DNA of 64,000 nt from Squalus acanthias. Taxonomy: Eukaryota. The notes below the pieces were generated by a model. That model was not told the origin of the DNA and did not search any database. It saw nothing but the letters and a program-made list of their open reading frames with translations. The position numbers and the translations under genes are program-made. Positions 56,228 through 64,000 of the stretch are shown here, in pieces. The stretch is taken from assembly GCA_030390025.1 (NCBI GenBank), contig CM059432.1:97900001-97964000 (forward strand). The letters run 5' to 3'. How positions within the stretch are numbered: position 1 is the stretch's first letter; each line of letters starts with the position of its first letter.

Positions 56228-58384
56228 ATGGCGAGTACATCTTCGTCGGTGGCGGGGGCAGCGAGGACGTATGCGAGCGTGGCAGCCGCGGCCACGGCCG
56301 CAGCCACGAGTCCTCCTGTTACCCCGTCACCTTTTACCCTCCTTACGAGGAAGAATGGGGTCAAGAGCTACACTCACCCCAACATGACAATAGAGGCGTG
56401 CGTAAAAGCCATGGCTGGGGTTGTCGGCCCTTCAGCCATCGTCGCCGCCTCTAAAATGTACGGCAAGGCTGTGTTCTTCCTGGGGTCGGAGCGGGCGGTG
56501 TCCCTGGCCATCAAGAAGGGGCTCACCGTGGGCGGGACCTTCCTGCTGGTGGACCCCCTTGAGGCCACCGCGCAAAGGATTGTGGTTTCCAACGTCCCGC
56601 CCTTTGTTCCGGGTGAGCTCCTCCTCCCCCACCTACGTCAACTGGGGGAGGTGAGGTCGGGGATCACACCCATCCCGCTCGGCTTCCGGGAAGCCAGCCT
56701 TCGGCACGTCTTCTCCTTCCGGCGCCAGCTTTTCGTCCGGCTGGCGCGGGAGGAGGACGCGGATGGCGCGTTCACGGTGCTCCACGGGGGGACCGCCCAC
56801 CGCGTCTTCTGGACCTCGGACGGCGTGCGGTGCTACGCCTGTAAGGAGGTGGGGCACGTCCGCAAAAACTGCCCCGCCTCCAAGGCCGCCACGACACCTG
56901 GCGCGGCCAGGGTTGGCGCCGCCGCCCCCCCTCCCCCTGATACTGTCCGCGCGTCGACGGCGACGGATGCGCGGTCGAAATCGGAGGCCAACACCACCAC
57001 GGCCTCCGGCGGGGGGGAGGGAGAGCGTCCGGGGGGAAGGAAGGCGCGTAGGAAAAATAAACACCTAGGGGCGGATCCCCTCGCGGAGGAAACATCGGAG
57101 TTGACCGAACTCACGCCCGAGTACATCGCGGAGTTGGTCGGGACGCATGAGACTGGGGGGGTCCTCGTGCCCGGGCCCGTGACCGTGACCGCAACTGCTG
57201 AGGCAGCTAAATCAAGACCTGCGGCAGGGCTCGGGCCCGAGGGGCCCAAGAAACCCAGTCGTCGGAAGGGGGCAGAGAGGGAGGCCCCAGCAGACATGGA
57301 GGCCTCCCCCTCTCCGGGCCCCAACTTGTTAAAAAGAAAGCTCCGCCCCCAGCAGGAGGACTGCGAGGAGGAAGGTCCCTCCGCAAAAGGGGGGCAGTCG
57401 CCCGCCGCGGGTGCTGCGCCCCACCCCACCACCGTCATCGTCGTGCGCGATCGGCAGGGGTCGTCTGTCCCTCGGGAGGGTGGGACAGCAGAGTCTGTCC
57501 GACCTGTGCCTCCCGGGGATGGGGAAGAGACCCTGCCCGTGGGGGGGGGCGCGGAACAACCCGCGGAGGGAAATGTAGTTCCGGAACCGTTGCTCCTCGC
57601 CGGGTCGGGCGTCCTGGGGACTGGGGCGGGCGAGGCCAAAGAGGCTGAAGCCGAGCCCGCCTTTTATAACCCAGACATCTCCCTGGGACTGCTCGACCTG
57701 GTGGAGGAGTGTAGCAATCCCCAGCCCGCTGGGTCGGAGGTTGGTGGCGGGGAGACGGAAAGCCCCCTGACTCCGTCTCTGTTGTTGGCGCCGGACGTGC
57801 TGGAGGAATTTGGGATTATTTTCTCCCCGGTTTCTCCGGTCGCCCCGGCGCCTGAGGCGGGGGGGGGCCCCGAACCGCCGCCGCCGCCTCCCGGCCCGGC
57901 GCCCCTGAAGGAGCCCAGGGTGGACTCCTCTGCCACCGATCCTGGGGGTGGGATCGTGACGGAGGCGGGGCCGGCCGGTGCGGCCGAGCCGTTCGCTGCA
58001 CCCTGTGCGACGGACGGGTCGGCCGCCGGTGACGACCTCCCGGAGGAGGACGGGGACTCGGTGTTGGGCACTGAGGAAGATTTGGAGTCCATCAGCAGCG
58101 AGGCGATGGACGCCCTCGTGCCCTTCACTGACTCTCCCCTCATCCCCGTAGGGGAACTCCGGGATTTTATGGCCGTGAGCCAGGGTCGTCACAAGAAGAT
58201 CCGGCTGGCCCTCGACAAGTGGTCGGAGCTGGCGCTGCTCATCGTGTCCGTCCGCGCCGCCGTTAAAATCATGGGCGCGGACAAGGACGTTGGCCGGCTC
58301 GAGCTGCGTCGGCTCAAGAGTTTCCACACTGGGCTGCTGAGGGAGTGGCGGTCGTCAGTGACCGCGCTCCCTCCCCTCCGTTAG
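56228..58384 (+). CDS. Tx1 ORF1 nucleic-acid-binding protein
   Basis: IVAASKMYGKAVFFL, IVVSNVPPF, SFRRQ, CYACKEVGHVRKNC knuckle. Confidence 0.9.
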   Translation: MASTSSSVAGAARTYASVAAAATAAATSPPVTPSPFTLLTRKNGVKSYTHPNMTIEACVKAMAGVVGPSAIVAASKMYGKAVFFLGSERAVSLAIKKGLTVGGTFLLVDPLEATAQRIVVSNVPPFVPGELLLPHLRQLGEVRSGITPIPLGFREASLRHVFSFRRQLFVRLAREEDADGAFTVLHGGTAHRVFWTSDGVRCYACKEVGHVRKNCPASKAATTPGAARVGAAAPPPPDTVRASTATDARSKSEANTTTASGGGEGERPGGRKARRKNKHLGADPLAEETSELTELTPEYIAELVGTHETGGVLVPGPVTVTATAEAAKSRPAAGLGPEGPKKPSRRKGAEREAPADMEASPSPGPNLLKRKLRPQQEDCEEEGPSAKGGQSPAAGAAPHPTTVIVVRDRQGSSVPREGGTAESVRPVPPGDGEETLPVGGGAEQPAEGNVVPEPLLLAGSGVLGTGAGEAKEAEAEPAFYNPDISLGLLDLVEECSNPQPAGSEVGGGETESPLTPSLLLAPDVLEEFGIIFSPVSPVAPAPEAGGGPEPPPPPPGPAPLKEPRVDSSATDPGGGIVTEAGPAGAAEPFAAPCATDGSAAGDDLPEEDGDSVLGTEEDLESISSEAMDALVPFTDSPLIPVGELRDFMAVSQGRHKKIRLALDKWSELALLIVSVRAAVKIMGADKDVGRLELRRLKSFHTGLLREWRSSVTALPPLR

Positions 58385-58409
58385 GTAGAGGTTGCACTAT
58401 GCTTCTGAG

Positions 58410-61400
58410 ATGAAGATAACCATAGCCAGCCTCAACATCAACGGCAGCAGGGAGGCGCGCCGTAGATTCAATAACTTCTCGGTCCTTCGGGACGGGAAAT
58501 ATGCGGTGTGCTTCCTGCAAGAAACCCACACCGTTCCGGGAGACGAGGCCACGTGGCTCCTGGAGTGGCAAGGAGGGGTCAGCATGAGTCACCTCTCCAA
58601 CAATTCCTGCGGGGTGGCTGTCTTGCTGGCCCCGCATTTTCAGCCGGAGATCTTGAGGGTCAAGGAGCACGTGCCGGGCCGCTTGCTCCAGGTCACTGTT
58701 CGCCTGGGAGGCGTGCCGCTCCATTTAGTGAACGTGTACGCCCCCCGGACCGGTGCGCAGCAAGTGCGCTTCTTCGGAGAAGTGTCCGCTCTTCTGGGCT
58801 CCATCGACGTGGGCGAGTGCGTCATCCTCGGGGGGGATTTCAATTGTACCCTCGAGGCGCGGGACCGGTCGGGTCCCCCGCGAAGCCCGGCGGCGATGGA
58901 GAAGTTGCGGGACCTGGTCGGGTCCTTCGACTTGGTGGACGTCTGGCGAAATCTCCATCCCGACTCCAGCGCCTTCACGAGCGTGAGGTCTAGAGGAGGA
59001 AGGTCCAGAATCGACCGCCTTTACATTTCCCGGGCGTACGTCTCCTGCGTTCCGGCGGCTTCCATGCGGCTGGTGCCGTGCACGGACCACCACCTGGTGT
59101 GGGCGGAGCTCGCTCCGCTGCGCGCGCGGGGGGGGTCCGCGTACTGGCATTTTAACAACCTGCTGCTGGAGGACGCGCGGTTCCGGGATTCGTTTCGCCG
59201 GTTCTGGGCCGACTGGAGAAGGAAGCGGGGAGGCTTCCCCTCCTTGAGGCTATGGTGGGACGTGGGCAAGGCTCACGTCTGCGTCTTCTGTCAGGAGTAC
59301 GCGAAGGGGTCGACCAAGAGGCGGGAGGCCCGGGTCGGGCGATTGGAGAAAGAAGTGCTCGACCTGGAGTCCCGTCTCGGTCAAGTCGTCGAGGACCCGG
59401 CCCTGCGGAAGGTGTACGAAGAGAAGAAGGGCGCGCTGAAGGACCTGCAGCTGGTCGGGTCCCGAGGCGCGTACGTGAGGTCGCGGATCCAGTTCCTGCG
59501 GGACCTGGACCGCGGCTCCCCCTTCTTCTACTCGCTGGAAAAAAGACGGGGGGTCCGTAAGCAGCTCTTGGGGCTGCTGGCCGACGACGGATCTCTGGTC
59601 TCGGATCCGGAGGGCATCAGCGCGGAGGCCCGGGCCTATTACGGGGCTCTGTTCTCTTCGGATCCGTCCAGCGAGGATGCGCGCAGAGTTTTGTGGGAGG
59701 ACCTGCCGAAGGTCGGCCCGGAGGGCGCCGAGAATTTAGAAGCTCCGCTAAGCCTGGCGGAGCTGACCGGCGCCCTGCGCCAGCTCTCGAGGGGCAAGTC
59801 CCCGGGGCTGGACGGGCTGACCGTGGAGTTCCACAGGGCGTTCTGGGACGTCTTGGGGGACGACTACGCGCGGGTCCTGGGGGAAAGTCTGGCGACCGGG
59901 GAGATGCCCCTCTCTTGGCGCAGGGCGGTCATCGTCCTGCTGCCCAAGAAGGGCGATCTCCGCCTACTTAAGAACTGGCGCCCAGTCTCCCTCCTCAGCA
60001 CGGACTACAAAATTTTCGCCAGGGCTATGTCTGCTCGCCTGGCACCGTGCTGGCCCGCATTATCCACCCCGACCAGTCCTACACGGTCCCGGGCCGGAGC
60101 ATCCACGATAACATCCATCTGGTCCGGGACCTGGTCCACCATTCCCAGAGGGCTGGTCTGTCGGTCGCCTTCCTTTCCCTGGATCAGGAGAAGGCGTTCG
60201 ACAGGGTGGATCACGAGTATCTTTTCGGGACTCTGCGCGCATTCGGGTTCGGGACGCATTTCGTCGCCCGGATCCGACTTCTGTACGCCGCCGCGGAGTG
60301 TCTGATTAAAGTTAACGGGTCTTTGACGGCGCCCCTTCGCTTCGGGAGGGGGGTGCGTCAGGGATGCCCCATGTCCGGTCAGTTATACGCCGTTTGCGTG
60401 GAGCCTTTCCTGCGCCTCTTGCGGAAGAGGTTGACGGGACTGGCTCTGCAAGGGCCGGGCGTGGAGGTGGTCCTCTCGGCTTACGCCGATGACGTGCTCC
60501 TCGCGGTTACGGATCCCGTCGACTTGCGGAGGATGCGAGAATGCCAGCAGATTTACTCGGACGCATCCTCCGCCAAGATCAACTGGGAGAAATGTTCTGG
60601 ACTCCTGGTGGGCCCATGGCGGGTGGACTCCCTGCCGGAGGAGTTCGGGCCTTTCGCCTGGAGCACCACGCACCTCCTCTACCTGGGAGTCTACCTCAGC
60701 CCGGCCGAGGACGCCTGGCCGGCGAACTGGCAAGAGCTGGAGGCCAAAGTCACCGCTCGCCTAGGACGCTGGACAGGACTGCTCCGAGTGTTGTCCTACA
60801 GGGGTCGAGCGCTGGTCATAAACCAGCTGGTGGCCGCCATGTTGTGGTACCGGTTGATCACTTTGATCCCTCCCCTTGCGTTTGTCGCCAAGATGCAGAA
60901 GAAGCTCGTCGACTTCTTCTGGGACAAAAGGAAGCACTGGGTCTCTGCCGCGGTTTTGAGTCTCCCGCTTAGGGAGGGCGGTCAGGCGCTGGTGTGCCTT
61001 CGCACCCAGGAGGCGACTTTCCGTCTTCAGACGCTGCAGCGATACCTGTACGTAGAGAATCCTCCTAGGTGGCGTGCGCTGGCGACGTATTTCTTCCGCC
61101 AGCTGCACGGCCTCAATTACGACACGCAGCTCCTGTTTGTGAGAGTGGGTGGCACGCGTGCCAGCCTGCGGGAGCTGCCTGTCTTCTACCAGGAACTGCT
61201 ATGGGTTTGGAACAGCGTCGCCTCCGAGCGCAGTTCTCCCCCGTCAGGAGCGGCAGCCGTCCTTCGGGAGCCGCTGTTCAGGAATCCGCACCTCCACGAC
61301 CGCGGGTTCGGCTGGCTGGCAGAGGGCAGGGCTGTGCCCGGTAAGGTGACCAGAGTCGGGGACCTGCTCGATGGCGGAGGAGCGGGCTGGATGGCGCCGG

Positions 61401-62308
61401 AGGAGTTGGTGAGGCGCATGTCCTGGGTCAACGTCCGGCTCGCGGTCAAAGCCATCGAGTCGCTAAAAGTGGCACTGGGCCCCGTCTCCACTAGGTGTGT
61501 CGAGGAGGCTCAAGCACGTGGGGCGATCCCGTCCGTACTGACCCCCGTTCGGACGGAATTCATTATCGGCGCCCGGCCCCGAATCCTCGCTCGGGAGCCG
61601 CCGCCTCACCACTTGAGCCTTCTCGGAGAAATGCCCTCCGTGCCCTTTCAATCCGCACGGAGGCGTTTCCTGTACGGGCTGCTCCTGCATACTCTCCACT
61701 TTGCCATCTTCGTCTGCCGTCCGGACACGCCTTGGCGTACCATCCTGCCGTCCGGCGGAGGCGAAGGTCCCCATTGGAAGGCTCTCTACGCGGGAGTCTT
61801 CCCTTGTTCTATTGGGGACTTGGCCTGGAGGGTGTTGCACGGAGCAGTCCCGTGCAATAGGATTTTAAGTAGGTTTACGGACTCCCAGGCTGCTTGTCAT
61901 TTCTGCGGCCTAGAGGAGTCCGTCTATCACATTTATATTGAGTGTGAGAGGTTGCAGCCCCTCTTTCATTATTTGAAGGGGCTGCTCCTCAATTTCTGGT
62001 TGCACTTCAGCCCCACGCTCCTGATCTACGGTCACCCGGTGCGGAGGGGAGCGGGTAGGTCGGAGGACCTCCTCGTAGGACTGCTCCTGGGCCTGGCCAA
62101 GAAAGCCATTAATTGGTCCAGGCAGCGGGCGGTCGAGGGGGTCGTTCGGCCCGATTGCCTGCCTCTCTTCCGCGGCCATGTTCGCGCCCGGGTGGCCCTG
62201 GAGATGGAGCACGCGGTGTCCGCCGGCACGCTTGAGTTTTTCCGCGACCGGTGGGCGCCGCGGGGACTGGAGTGCATCGTCATCCCGGACTTCCAAATTT
62301 TGATTTGA
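58410..62308 (+). CDS. Tx1 ORF2 (APE endonuclease, RT, zinc finger) with a single frameshift near 60041
   Basis: SLNING, LQETH, GGDFN, RIDR, TDH; NWRPVSLL, LDQEKAFDRV, GVRQGCPMS, YADD; CHFC...H...C. Confidence 0.92.
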
Positions 62309-63368
62309 TTTGTTAAGTTTCATTTAAAGTTTTAATTGATTTACAGTAAATTTCTGTTTGTCCAACCAAAAAGAGCAACACCAGGTTATAGTCCAACAGT
62401 TTTATTTTAAATCACAAGCTTTCGGAGTTACAACTCCTTCGTCGGGTGAAGTGAGGAGATACAGAATCGTCAAAGCATATATAGATTGAGAACAATGCAT
62501 GTGTAACTTACAATTGCAGACAACTGAATTCAATCATCCTGACTGTTTATCTGCCGAGGTGTGATAAGTAGAGGCATAGGGCTGGACTTTCTCAATGGAG
62601 ACGAGTTGGAGGCGGGACTGCTGCTTATCATGTCAATGTCCCGCCTCCATCATCGTCTGACCAACCAGAGGGATTTTCCCCTGATTGACCTTGTTAAGCC
62701 CGCCCTGCGGGCTCAGCAGGCCAATTAAGGAGGAAGTCACTGACAGAGCACGTCAACGTCTAATGTGCTATCTGTCAAGACTTCTTGAAAGAAGAAATGT
62801 CAGCGTTTCACAGCTCTGTGAAGCTGTCAAACACTGACATTCTCTGTAGTTTGATGAGGCCTTGTGTTCAGGACTCATCAAACCTTTCAACTTTGTCAAT
62901 TTCAGATGGCTGTTGGTTCGGAGGATCCAACAGCCAGTCTGTGAAATCAACAAGGAAGATGTCGGTCTCCCGATCCAGGGTGGATGAAGGCTGCAGGAAG
63001 AAAACAAGGTAAGTGAACATTTTTAAACACTTATCACTCACCTTACATACTTACCACTCCACACTTGCACCCATCACTCACCTCTACATCTTACTTCCAG
63101 GTGCCTCCAAACCCCGCAGACCTCCTTCACGTCTCCTCCAACCCGACGGGGTTCTCCGAGGTCGGGAAGCCTTCACCTGAGAAGGCAAAATGGCACTAAT
63201 CCTTTTTCCTGCTTGTTAACTACTTGTTAACAGGCAGTTAAAAGGATTTAATGCCTTTCCCGCCTCCAGGAGATGGGACCCGAAGCAGCACATCTTCCCA
63301 CCTCCTGGCAAAGGGGCACAGAGGTGGGATGGGGGCGGGTTTGCCATCCGCCCCCACTTTCTGCTACT

Positions 63369-64000
63369 TGTAGAATTCGCAATATATCGCGATTTTATTA
63401 ATAAGGAGAAAACACAAAGTTTCGTTCAAACAGCTTTTATTTCAGCAGAATGCTGCCAGGTTGTTCAAAGTGGACACAAGCAGCCTGTAAAATGGCCGCC
63501 GCACCTCGTGACAGAACATTCTAGACTTTTCAACAGGCAGACAAGATGGCGTTCCAATAAACATTTGGGCAAGATCGATTAAGATTCAGCACAGTGAAGA
63601 TAATACACGAGACATTGTGGGTTTGCGGTATACAAATAAATACTGAAATCGGTCTCCCAGGTACGAATGAAAGCTATTGTACCGAGTAATCAAGGGCCCA
63701 TCCAAAAGACATTAATATGTAAAATCCCAACGACTCTACGATGAGAGAGCCGTTAGCAGGTAGTTATACAAAACACTTGGAAGCCCCAAAACCCCTCCAG
63801 GGAGAACACCGACCGATTTAACAATGGGAGAAATATTAACAGGTACTCAGACATTTACGAGTAGCCCCGAAACCCATTAAGAACGGAGATCACCCATACA
63901 AGACATTTGAGCGCCAGACCCTAACAAAAGAAAGGACATTAAGGTTGGGCGGGAAACGGAAGATTTTGTACTATAATTACAAGCTCCAAACCGTCCATCT
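63369..64000 (+). repeat. Diverged LTR of the same provirus family, opposite orientation, runs off the window end
   Basis: Begins TGTAGAATTCGCAATATATCGCG, the reverse complement of the LTR end at 21064; scattered substitutions and a small indel. Confidence 0.95.

Larger units (their letters stand above)
55249..62375 (+). mobile_element. Full-length Tx1-clade non-LTR retrotransposon
   Basis: About 1-kb 5' UTR, ORF1, ORF2, short 3' UTR; flanked by a 46-bp direct repeat; CpG-rich. Confidence 0.93.

Noticed and set aside
56374..62323. Long antisense and alternative-frame ORFs over Tx1
   Set aside because: Expected shadows of GC-rich coding sequence

Overview
Eukaryotic (vertebrate) DNA made almost entirely of transposable elements. 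A cartilaginous-fish host is inferred from the repeat families: DeuSINE/SacSINE1-like SINEs, CR1, L2 and Penelope. No host gene could be identified. The centrepiece is a young, nearly intact 11.9-kb endogenous retrovirus-like provirus (9142-21064, minus strand). It has two 1724-bp LTRs, a 4-bp AGCT target-site duplication (TSD) and a tRNA-Arg(TCG) primer-binding site (PBS) that overlaps the likely gag ATG. gag and pol are in one frame, separated only by UGA-CUAG. Pol has a dead 'tether' RNase H followed by a second RNase H. The env-like gene carries an immunoglobulin-like domain ahead of a furin-cleaved fusion-protein-like part. A diverged LTR of the same family starts at 63369 in the opposite orientation. 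Also present: an apparently intact Harbinger transposon (spliced Myb/SANT gene plus transposase), three decayed Harbingers and several MITEs; a full-length Tx1 LINE flanked by a 46-bp duplication beside a Penelope hammerhead-ribozyme motif; Penelope fragments with hammerhead motifs; and multi-level nested insertions. All comparisons were made by eye, without searches.
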